A stretch of DNA of 64,000 nucleotides from Candidatus Bathyarchaeia archaeon (lineage in GTDB: Archaea > Thermoproteota > Bathyarchaeia > Bathyarchaeales > Bathycorpusculaceae): assembly GCA_049515895.1 (NCBI GenBank), contig JBEKTQ010000004.1, positions 64,001 to 128,000 of the forward strand. Reading direction: 5' to 3'. This document shows positions 49,190 through 56,485 of this stretch, in pieces; within the stretch, counting starts at the first letter, position 1; every line of letters starts with the position of its first letter. Position numbers and translations under genes: made by a program. The notes beneath the pieces were generated by a model. It did not search any database and was not told where the DNA came from. It saw only the letters and a program-made list of their open reading frames with translations.

Positions 49190-49360
49190 TCACTTGGCGC
49201 GGAACCAATGCGGAAACTTCCCGGTCGTTTTCTTAATTATTCTTTTTGCTTGGTACCTTGTTAAGGATTGTTCACAATGAAATCCTTTGATGGTTCCAGG
49301 TGGAAACACGAATGCTTCTCCTTCCTTCTCTGGAACTTCATTTTGCCACGTTTCAAACAT
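49190..49360 (-). CDS. Small hypothetical protein (56 aa)
   Basis: Manual translation MFETWQNEVPEKEGEAFVFPPGTIKGFHCEQSLTRYQAKRIIKKTTGKFPHWFRAK. Confidence 0.4.
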   Translation of the reverse strand: MFETWQNEVPEKEGEAFVFPPGTIKGFHCEQSLTRYQAKRIIKKTTGKFPHWFRAK

Positions 49361-49392
49361 GGGGATATTAAAAAACTCGGAAGAATTAGAAA

Positions 49393-49632
49393 ATGAGTTC
49401 AGAAAAAGACGTTCGCGTACGTGCGCATACTTCTAAACCTAAAAAATCTAAAATCACTTTACTTGTCGATAAAAAACTTACTAAAGAAGCCATAAATTGG
49501 GGTTGAACGTCTCTGCAGTTTGCGAAAATGCCCTAAAAGCCTGCGTAGACACATTGGAGAACTTCAATAACCAAAAACAAGCTCAATATACCCATTTTTC
49601 AACTGAAACCTTTTTTGATAAAAAGGGTCATG
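49393..49632 (+). pseudogene. Frameshifted Int(N) fragment of an earlier integrated element
   Basis: KPKKSKITLLVDKKLTKEA / HKLGLNVSAVCENALK in two frames aligns with KPVKAKVTVSIDKNVYEKAHFLGLNVSRACENALK at 56033-56278; ends at the att copy. Confidence 0.75.
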
Positions 49633-50583
49633 GCGGGTCCGGTGGGATTTGAACCCACGACTTTCAGCTTAGAAGCCCCTAATCAAGGCGATTCTGCGAA
49701 AAGGAGCGTGGATTGGGTTGCTTTTAAGAAAGCGATTCAGGCTAAGGAGTATCATGGTTATTATGGCACGCAACTGTTGAATTTGTGTTTGCAGTATGCG
49801 GATTGCTGGGTGACGCGGGATCTCTCTAAGATTAAGCAGCTTTCACCGAGTATGCGCGCTCAAACAGTCAAAGCTCTATCTTCACTGTCTAAGTTTCAAG
49901 GTTGCTATGAAGAGTACAAGCAGCTCCTCAAGAATTATGGGTTAACGTGGGCAGGCAGAAGCGCAGACGACCTAATCATCGACCGGTTAACCAAGATCAG
50001 GGAACCCGAAAACGTTTTCAAATGGATCCGCGTTGTCAAAGAGGCGTGTCCTGAATACTCCGTTTTCATGGATTTCATCGCTGTCACCGGCCTAAGACTT
50101 AGTGAGGCGATCCATTCTTACAATCTGATTGTGAAGCTGTCAGTAGAAGGCGCCTTAGCTGAAAAATACTATAACGTTAAGACCGGATTCCTGGAACATT
50201 TCAGGTACAAGGAAACTTTCATTCGGAGTTGTAAGAAAGCCTTTCTGTCTTACGTTCCCCTGGAGCTTTTAGAGTCGATTGGCAAGCAGAAAGAAATCAA
50301 TGACAACCACTTGAAGAACAGAGCTTTAGAAAGAAAGCATATTCCGCAGCGTTTCAGCGACGTCAGAGAGAACCACGCGAGTTTTACGACTAAATGGTTA
50401 CGGCCTGAAGAAATCGATTTACTGCATGGCAGAGTAACCGGATCCGTGTTCATGGTTCATTATTACAATCCTAATTTGGTCACTGATCTGCGCTCTCGGA
50501 TGTCTACAGCTGCTCAGGCGATTCTTGTCAAAGTCAACAGTGAACTAATTTTGAGGAAAGAGTCAGGAGAGGGAAGGTGGTGA
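49615..50583 (+). CDS. SSV1/pTN3-type tyrosine integrase, C-terminal catalytic fragment Int(C)
   Basis: Starts across att (AGPVGFEPTTFSLE); TGLRLSEA, KKAF, DVRENHA, IDLLHGR, SVFMVHYY. Confidence 0.9.
   Translation: MIKRVMAGPVGFEPTTFSLEAPNQGDSAKRSVDWVAFKKAIQAKEYHGYYGTQLLNLCLQYADCWVTRDLSKIKQLSPSMRAQTVKALSSLSKFQGCYEEYKQLLKNYGLTWAGRSADDLIIDRLTKIREPENVFKWIRVVKEACPEYSVFMDFIAVTGLRLSEAIHSYNLIVKLSVEGALAEKYYNVKTGFLEHFRYKETFIRSCKKAFLSYVPLELLESIGKQKEINDNHLKNRALERKHIPQRFSDVRENHASFTTKWLRPEEIDLLHGRVTGSVFMVHYYNPNLVTDLRSRMSTAAQAILVKVNSELILRKESGEGRW
49633..49675. repeat. Left att site (copy of the 3' half of tRNA-Arg)
   Basis: gcgggtccggtgggatttgaacccacgactttcagcttagaag, identical to 56231-56273. Confidence 0.95.
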
Positions 50584-50587
50584 AAGA

Positions 50588-50785
50588 TTGAAGAATAAAA
50601 GAAGCTATGAAGTCAAAAAGAATTATGTTGAAGTCAGCATACCGACAGAAGTCTACAATCGACTTAGAGAATGGCTAGACAAAGATGATATACTCAATAT
50701 TGGAACAGATCGGCAAGGGCATTTAGTTTTAATGAATGAGAGAGAACAGAGAGAATATGAAGCCCGAGGGTACAAAGATAATTAG
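50588..50785 (+). CDS. Small hypothetical protein (possible DNA-binding)
   Basis: 65 aa, VSIPTEVYNRL; 4 nt after the int stop. Confidence 0.5.
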   Translation: MKNKRSYEVKKNYVEVSIPTEVYNRLREWLDKDDILNIGTDRQGHLVLMNEREQREYEARGYKDN

Positions 50786-50826
50786 CTGCATGGTTGTGTG
50801 CAGCTTCCGCACCCCATTTTTCTCTC
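50784..50826. terminator. Hairpin plus T-tract between convergent genes
   Basis: AGCTGCA-8nt-TGCAGCT followed by a pyrimidine tract. Confidence 0.4.
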
Positions 50827-50871
50827 TAAGGTTTCTGCGCTGTTATACTGGCTTTCTGACCGCTAGAAAGC

Positions 50872-51174
50872 TCACTCACGGTCAAGGTACTTAGCGTACA
50901 ACGGTTCTCTAGGTTCCTCAACCTCTGGATCGTAAGGGGTAGTCGGTAAGAAGCACTTTAGACTTGGAACAGAAATGATCTTGATTCCTTGAGTGCAGTT
51001 TTTGATTTTACTAAGATTCGTTAGCCATCCACACTCAACGATTACGGCGCCGTTTTCTTTGAAGCCTATGACGTCAACTCTACAGTTTGCGATTTCATAT
51101 TCAAGGAAAACTCGGTAGCCTTGCTGCTCAAGTCTCGCCGCTTCTTGCTTTTGCAGTAGTTCATGATAGCTCAT
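50872..51174 (-). CDS. PD-(D/E)xK nuclease-fold-like small protein
   Basis: H..L...A..LEQQGYRVFLEY....RVDV.G......IVEC pattern. Confidence 0.55.
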   Translation of the reverse strand: MSYHELLQKQEAARLEQQGYRVFLEYEIANCRVDVIGFKENGAVIVECGWLTNLSKIKNCTQGIKIISVPSLKCFLPTTPYDPEVEEPREPLYAKYLDRE

Positions 51175-51758
51175 GGCTTGTACAGACTCTTACCCATCTT
51201 ATCAATGTCCACTAATCCGATGTAGTAGTCCAGGGCCTTCAAGGTTAATCCGGTCCAGCTATGCACCTGGGCAATAGTCCAACCTTCCAAAAAGAAGTTA
51301 GTGATCCGGCTTAGCCTAAAGAAGTGTGGGTAGCTGAAGCATCGCGCGACAATATTGTAACCTGTCTTTTTACTGTAAGGAAAAACATAGTGGAAGTCTA
51401 CCTTTCCTTGCTTGGTATTCTCGATTGCTGAAACAATCGTGTCGACGTAAGGAGCTGCTAAAGGAATCTTCAAAGGCGGGGTTTCTATTCCATGCTTCAA
51501 ACGCTTGCCAACACTGAAGACTAAATCCTTTTTTGTGATTTGGAACTGTTCCCTGGTAGCTCTCAAGGCTTCACTCTTACGGACAGCTGAGTAATAGAGT
51601 AAGGCGACAAAGGCTTTATGATCTTCACGGACAAACTTACCCGCCTCCATGCCTTCAAGGAATCCCTCATCTGTCAGCGGCGTCATTATCTTGCCATTCT
51701 TTCTGTACCTGGTCTCTCCTTTCCAATGCTCATAAACCGCTAAGTTGTTTTGCTGCAT
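51171..51758 (-). CDS. Minimal tyrosine recombinase (catalytic domain only)
   Basis: YSAVRKSEAL (R), RLKHG (K), YPHFFRLSR (HxxR), WTG, LDYY (Y). Confidence 0.85.
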   Translation of the reverse strand: MQQNNLAVYEHWKGETRYRKNGKIMTPLTDEGFLEGMEAGKFVREDHKAFVALLYYSAVRKSEALRATREQFQITKKDLVFSVGKRLKHGIETPPLKIPLAAPYVDTIVSAIENTKQGKVDFHYVFPYSKKTGYNIVARCFSYPHFFRLSRITNFFLEGWTIAQVHSWTGLTLKALDYYIGLVDIDKMGKSLYKP

Positions 51759-51778
51759 ACTTTGAACACCGTTCCATT

Positions 51779-51806
51779 GTTACCTTTAATTGTAGTATAA
51801 GGTAAA
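51779..51806. promoter_or_regulatory. dif-like recombination site candidate (11-6-11)
   Basis: GTTACCTTTAA-TTGTAG-TATAAGGTAAA; arms are 8/11 inverted-complementary; 20 bp upstream of the recombinase start. Confidence 0.6.
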
Positions 51807-51889
51807 ACATGGTCTTTTTGACTTCTATATCACATTCTACCTCTGTAGTATACCTCTTCCACAGCATCCGTTTAATCACACCTTCATCG

Positions 51890-52084
51890 TCAATTTGCAT
51901 TAACTTTCTGAGCGAGTCCTTGATCTTTCTCGGAATTGTTAGTTACGGTGTAGCAAGGCTTCCAGGTGACAGCTTCAGGGTGAATGCACCAGGAGCGTTT
52001 GTCGATTTTCCGCTGTGGACACTTCCGACAAGTCTCAGGCAACTCAGCGACTTTCTTGACTTTCCGAGGCTTAATCAATAGCAT
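51890..52084 (-). CDS. Small Cys-rich hypothetical protein
   Basis: CRKC...WCIH...PC; translationally coupled to an upstream small ORF. Confidence 0.5.
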   Translation of the reverse strand: MLLIKPRKVKKVAELPETCRKCPQRKIDKRSWCIHPEAVTWKPCYTVTNNSEKDQGLAQKVNAN

Positions 52085-52192
52085 CCTGGCCCCTGCTCCT
52101 TCTCAACGATGCGCCTATACTTTTTGACTAGACTACGCTGAGGCGTTTTCTCCTCGGTTTTATGAGGTTTAGCCAAGCGATCACCTTCTCTC

Positions 52193-52357
52193 TCAGTCAA
52201 TGAGTAGGCTCTCCCAACAAGTCAGATGATACACTCTACGGCCATTCTGCTTAGTGACAACTTCAGCGCCTTCAACGATCAGTTTTTTGCATCGCATACA
52301 CGGCCTTCCAAGCACTTTAGAAGGCCTGCCATGATGTGTTTTAACTATGTACTCCAA
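52193..52357 (-). CDS. Small Zn-finger protein (54 aa, not in ORF track)
   Basis: MEYIVKTHHGRPSKVLGRPCMRCKK...VYHLTCWESLLID: CxxC...HxxC. Confidence 0.6.
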   Translation of the reverse strand: MEYIVKTHHGRPSKVLGRPCMRCKKLIVEGAEVVTKQNGRRVYHLTCWESLLID

Positions 52358-52607
52358 GGGCCTCATCCATCCAGGTTCTTTTTTCCTTCACCTTCAAAGA
52401 AAACCGTAGAGAAACTGCGAAAACCGCAACCATGGCCCCTAGAGAGATCACTTCAGAAACAAAACCGGAAAGAAAACCAGTCTGCACTGAAAAAATCAGG
52501 AACTCGATTAGCAGGCCCATTAACAGAATCTTCGCTGACTTAGTGAACTGCCGCTTTACAACTTTCCAAAGGTTCCTGATAAGCGAAACTCCTTTCCTTC
52601 GGAGCAT
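52341..52607 (-). CDS. Small two-TM membrane protein
   Basis: Basic N-terminus and two hydrophobic helices; 2 nt after the upstream gene. Confidence 0.6.
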   Translation of the reverse strand: MLRRKGVSLIRNLWKVVKRQFTKSAKILLMGLLIEFLIFSVQTGFLSGFVSEVISLGAMVAVFAVSLRFSLKVKEKRTWMDEALGVHS

Positions 52608-52609
52608 AG

Positions 52610-53509
52610 CTACTTGCTCCCACTGTTTCCACGTATGAACATTAGCAAGCTGCCCAGGAAGAGGATCCCGACTAAAATGATAAGCGCGGATCCTAATGCT
52701 GCGGGAATGAAGCCGGCGGATAGAAATGTCACCATTAACCCCGACATCTGAGCGATCCAGTAGACATAGCCAACGAAAAAGCCGATTACGTCTCCTAAGA
52801 ACAGGAAAAAGTCAACTACTTGATCTGTCCAGGCAGGCTTCTGAAATGCGTTTCCGTAAACCCAAACCGTGAAGCCGTGACCGACATTCCAGCTAGTAGT
52901 CAAGTCATGATAGCCAGGAAGAGGCGAAAAAGAAACGTAGGCCATGTATTGAGGGTTGTTGTTGTCGATGATGAAAGTGGAGTATACCCCAAAAGTTTGG
53001 TTCTCGTAAGCGGCTTTGATCGTGTCGTTCCACTTCATTATTACGCCGTTTTCGTCGTCTACGATTGTTTGAGCCGGAATAGAAAAGTGATCCGCCCCAA
53101 ATGTGTTTACAGCGTTCAAGTAGTTGCCCTCGAGGTCTGTTACTGGCTCGTTGGCCCATCCCCAAGTCGCATAACGTAGAAACCGATATCCGCCCTGGTA
53201 ACTGCCAAAAATTCCAAGCTCAGGCAGCAGAGTAATTGATTGAATCTGCTTGTCAGGCGTGAAGGTTTTGAAGTAGACTGTCTGCCCATTTCCAACAATC
53301 TGGTGCGTTTCATTATAGGCAAATTGGCCCATAGAGTTAGCTTGCGGGTTTCCTTCAGAACTGAAGCTGAAAGAAGGAAATTGGGGTTGTTGCTTAATGA
53401 CTGAACTATTGAAGCCAAATTGAGGTGCCGCTATCGCGAAGATAGAAGTTGCCATAAGAATGAGTACGGTGACAACGAGCAGTATGTGGAAAGGGTTGCT
53501 GTCACCCAA
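52610..53509 (-). CDS. Membrane/surface protein (N-terminal anchor, ectodomain, C-terminal TMs), possible virion envelope protein
   Basis: Hydrophobic N-terminus, aromatic/Asn-rich ectodomain with sequons, 2-3 C-terminal hydrophobic helices; GGAGG upstream. Confidence 0.7.
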   Translation of the reverse strand: MGDSNPFHILLVVTVLILMATSIFAIAAPQFGFNSSVIKQQPQFPSFSFSSEGNPQANSMGQFAYNETHQIVGNGQTVYFKTFTPDKQIQSITLLPELGIFGSYQGGYRFLRYATWGWANEPVTDLEGNYLNAVNTFGADHFSIPAQTIVDDENGVIMKWNDTIKAAYENQTFGVYSTFIIDNNNPQYMAYVSFSPLPGYHDLTTSWNVGHGFTVWVYGNAFQKPAWTDQVVDFFLFLGDVIGFFVGYVYWIAQMSGLMVTFLSAGFIPAALGSALIILVGILFLGSLLMFIRGNSGSK

Positions 53510-53606
53510 TTGATGCGGCCTCCTTAGCTTTCTGTCTTTGCTTCGCAGCTCTCCAATATTCTCGGATTGCTGCGCGTTCCGGTGAAGGCGGATTTTGAAG
53601 TGCCAT
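53502..53606 (-). CDS. 34-aa basic peptide
   Basis: MALQNPPSPERAAIREYWRAAKQRQKAKEAASIG; ~50 bp downstream of a BRE/TATA, overlaps the next start. Confidence 0.45.
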   Translation of the reverse strand: MALQNPPSPERAAIREYWRAAKQRQKAKEAASIG

Positions 53607-53696
53607 AGCGGGTTCCTTGAAATTCCTTGAATCCACTATGAGAGCTTTCTACTTTTAAACCTTCTCATAGAGACATATCTTTTTTAGACACATTTT

Positions 53697-54236
53697 CTAG
53701 GAATCCTCTCCGGCATCTTTCTGCGCGTAACCTGGACACTTACAAGGAATCTCAGTTTTCTCGTTCAATTTATCCCATCCTACAGGATTAGAACATGCCA
53801 AGCTATCATAGTTCTCACATTCTTCAGAACAGTACCTTTTAGGTGCCTCAGGTTCTTTAACGGTGAGTTTTTCAACATTGATTTTTATTAGTCTTGGAGT
53901 ACCCTCATAGCTTGAAATTTCGCAACCTACCGCTTTCAAAGCTACAGAAACAAGGTTCAATCTCCTTGTCAAAGCTCCAGGACTCCGCGGCCATCCCTTA
54001 GCTTTAACATCGATTGCCATTTCTTGAGCGTAGTATGAAAGTTTGATGTATAATTCTGTAGGTGATAGCTGAAGACAGTCTTTTTCCATGCCTAACATAG
54101 TACCTAAGTTTTTACCTTTGACTTCATTTTGGCAGTATTTGAGAAGGGTCAATGCAACGTTATCAGCGTTCAAAGTTTCTTTATTTTGCTGAACTACCTT
54201 CTGAGCGTAAGCGTCAATGAACTCTTTCTGACGTTT
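53697..54236 (-). pseudogene. C-terminal remnant of a primase/helicase-like replication protein
   Basis: Frame extends upstream of the called start as QKEFIDAYAQKVVQQNKETLNADNVA; WPRSPGALTRRL..LKAVG resembles C-termini of mobile-element ATPases; no N-terminal domain. Confidence 0.55.
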
Positions 54237-54302
54237 TCAACGTATATAACTGGTGTTTTGTCCTTGACACGACGATGATTACGACGTCTAAAACCCGAAA
54301 CC

Positions 54303-54524
54303 TCAAACCCCATGTATCGGACATCTCACCCAATCATCAAAATGCTTAGCAACATAATTTTCCCAACTTTCAGCTAACAAAACCCGAATTCTGAAAGGCA
54401 TCAAATACTCGATCTGAAGTCTCAGCGAGAAATAGAGCACGCAGCAAAGAGGGTAATGATAGTTTAGGCCAGTTTTGATTTTGGTGACAGCGACGGAATG
54501 ATAGCAAAGTATTCCCTGGAGCAT
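54303..54524 (-). CDS. Small Cys/His-rich hypothetical protein
   Basis: HYPLCC...RCPIH. Confidence 0.45.
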   Translation of the reverse strand: MLQGILCYHSVAVTKIKTGLNYHYPLCCVLYFSLRLQIEYLMPFRIRVLLAESWENYVAKHFDDWVRCPIHGV

Positions 54525-54544
54525 TTCAAGAATTTCTTGCGATA

Positions 54545-55093
54545 TTATATCGCACTCCCCTCTTTCGCTATAATCAGCTTCGCAAACTCGTTTTCAGGGT
54601 ACTTCTTAGCATAGGCTAACTGTCTAATCTTCCAGCTTAGATCATTCTTGTAGGGTTCCAGGTCCCAATTCTCATAAATTCCTTTAAGAGCAACCGCTGC
54701 GCTTTCGAGCTTCTCCTTAGGGATAACTTGGTGCGCTAAAGTCTGCAATTTTTCTCTTTTTTGCTTCTCTAGCTCCAACTTAGGCAAATGAGTGTTTTCT
54801 CTCTCAGCTTTGTTTTCGGCTATGATGTCGATAAGTTTTCTCCGGTATCTAATATCCAATAATTCAAAATCTTCTTTCGAGATAGCATGCAGCTCAAATA
54901 ATCCTCGATTAATGGCTAATTCAAGAGCTGCACTCTTACCAATTCCTAAATCAGACATCAATTTGGCGATTCCAAGATAATGAGGAGCGCAAAGAAAAAT
55001 TGGGTGAATGTGATCTCTCGACTTAGGAGATCTTGAGCTTTCACTCAAAGAAACCACACTCCCAAAGAACAGCAACCGACAGAAGAACAACAA
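54545..55093 (-). CDS. Hypothetical protein, possible RHH-like N-terminus
   Basis: HPIFL..HYLGIAKLMSDLGIGKSAALELAINRGL; likely start TTG near 55048 after GGGAG. Confidence 0.6.
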   Translation of the reverse strand: MLFFCRLLFFGSVVSLSESSRSPKSRDHIHPIFLCAPHYLGIAKLMSDLGIGKSAALELAINRGLFELHAISKEDFELLDIRYRRKLIDIIAENKAERENTHLPKLELEKQKREKLQTLAHQVIPKEKLESAAVALKGIYENWDLEPYKNDLSWKIRQLAYAKKYPENEFAKLIIAKEGSAI

Positions 55094-55220
55094 CAGTAAC
55101 GTAAACAGAAAACACGATAGATAGTTAGATAGTTAGTTATTATATCGCAGTAGTAGTAGTTAGTTAGTCGGTGCTGTCCATTTAATTGTGCCAAATTGGC
55201 ACCTTTTTCTTGGTTCAGGT

Positions 55221-55442
55221 TCATTGTTGTTCTAAAAGCTCCTTTTCATGAAGGTCATTTAGGAGTCTGCGCCTGGTAGGGCATGAAGCAAAAACTGAGG
55301 GATAATTCCAGTTGAAACAAGCGCAGTCGTCAAGTTGGCAGATCCGGCCTAAAAGAACGTAGCTGACTTTCTCGGAAAACTCGCAGACGTTAGGCTCTAC
55401 CGGGTACGGAATGGTTTTATTTTGGTTTCGACTTTCTTTCAT
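55221..55442 (-). CDS. Small Cys-rich hypothetical protein
   Basis: Five Cys; GAGGTG upstream. Confidence 0.55.
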   Translation of the reverse strand: MKESRNQNKTIPYPVEPNVCEFSEKVSYVLLGRICQLDDCACFNWNYPSVFASCPTRRRLLNDLHEKELLEQQ

Positions 55443-55640
55443 TGACGAGGCACCTCTATTGCCTCTTTTTCTTTAAGCTGAAATCTGCTTAGTTTTCTTT
55501 CTTGCTCGGTATTCGCGTTTGATCTTGGCCATGTAGGCGCGAACTTCCGGAGGGTTTTTGAATTGTTTTTGTTCTTGCGTTTTAAATCGCCTTGTAAGTC
55601 ATAGGACAACCTTTAATATCACCTCTTTCTATATTTCTGA

Positions 55641-56024
55641 ATGTCCTTAGACCTATGCGGAATTGATGGTAAAATGTCCCTCAAAAAAGACAAGAGTGTC
55701 CCTCAACTCGTACAAAAATACAAACATCAATTTCCAGATTTGGAAAGAGACCTTTTGAGACGGCTAATTCGCGTGGAAAATCCTAACTTATTTCTTGACA
55801 ATTCGAGCAATCTAAAGAAACTTGACCGTTATCTGAAAAAAGCCTTTGAGAATGCACCAAAACCACCAAAACCCTATGTCACGATTGACGGAGTAGAGCC
55901 TGAGTGGACAGAAAGAGGATTTACTGAATATCCAACGAAAGAAGCTCAGGCCAAAGGCACCCTTGAATTCATGCGACAAAGAGGTTTCAAATATGTTGGA
56001 AATGGTGCTTGGAAAAAAGAGTAG
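55641..56024 (+). CDS. Hypothetical protein, candidate regulator upstream of Int(N)
   Basis: Divergent from the leftward operon; start may be ATG 55674. Confidence 0.6.
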   Translation: MSLDLCGIDGKMSLKKDKSVPQLVQKYKHQFPDLERDLLRRLIRVENPNLFLDNSSNLKKLDRYLKKAFENAPKPPKPYVTIDGVEPEWTERGFTEYPTKEAQAKGTLEFMRQRGFKYVGNGAWKKE

Positions 56025-56032
56025 GTATGCGT

Positions 56033-56278
56033 ATGAGTAAGGATAAACCCGTAAAGGCTAAAGTCACCGTTTCAATCGACAAAAACGTCTATGAAAAAGC
56101 CCATTTTCTCGGCTTGAATGTTAGCCGCGCCTGCGAGAACGCCTTGAAAGACCTGATAGAAGCCTTAGAGAACAGAAACACGGTGAACTCCCCCTCTCTT
56201 GCCAAAGATTCTCTCGGGAGAGAAGCTTTAGCGGGTCCGGTGGGATTTGAACCCACGACTTTCAGCTTAGAAGGCTGA
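56033..56278 (+). CDS. Integrase N-terminal fragment Int(N) with CcdA/VapB-like RHH domain
   Basis: KVTVSIDKNVYEKAHFLGLNVSRACENAL; reads into att in the same frame as Int(C). Confidence 0.82.
   Translation: MSKDKPVKAKVTVSIDKNVYEKAHFLGLNVSRACENALKDLIEALENRNTVNSPSLAKDSLGREALAGPVGFEPTTFSLEG
56231..56273. repeat. Right att site within tRNA-Arg
   Basis: 43-bp identity to 49633-49675, ending exactly at the 5' edge of the anticodon loop. Confidence 0.95.
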
Positions 56279-56306
56279 CGCGCTATCCGTACTGCGCCAC
56301 GGACCC
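56232..56306 (-). tRNA. tRNA-Arg (anticodon TCT), intronless, CCA not encoded
   Basis: GGGTCCG/CGGACCC acceptor stem, TCAGC-CTTCTAA-GCTGA anticodon arm, GTGGG-TTCAAAT-CCCAC T arm. Confidence 0.96.
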
Positions 56307-56485
56307 ACTTTCTAACTAAAAACATGTCACTTCCTAATAAGATTTGACAAGGGGAATGTAACATTAGGTAAATGAGTTTTCACATAGCTGCTATCGCGAA
56401 AGATCAGTTAGGGATCCTTGTTTCATTTGCAACTTGTTCATTAGGACGGGCTAAAGAGTAAAATGGTACTTTTTAATATAAAATC

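Larger units (their letters stand above)
49633..56273. mobile_element. tRNA-Arg-integrated virus/plasmid-like element, 6598-bp excisable unit, probably internally deleted
   Basis: Perfect 43-bp direct repeats at both ends, split integrase, dense small ORFs, second recombinase, membrane proteins. Confidence 0.92.

Noticed and set aside
49633-49675. Second tRNA gene
   Set aside because: Only the 3' half is present; it is the att duplication.
56033-56278. Stand-alone CcdA/VapB antitoxin of a toxin-antitoxin pair
   Set aside because: No toxin gene is adjacent and the frame continues through att in register with Int(C).
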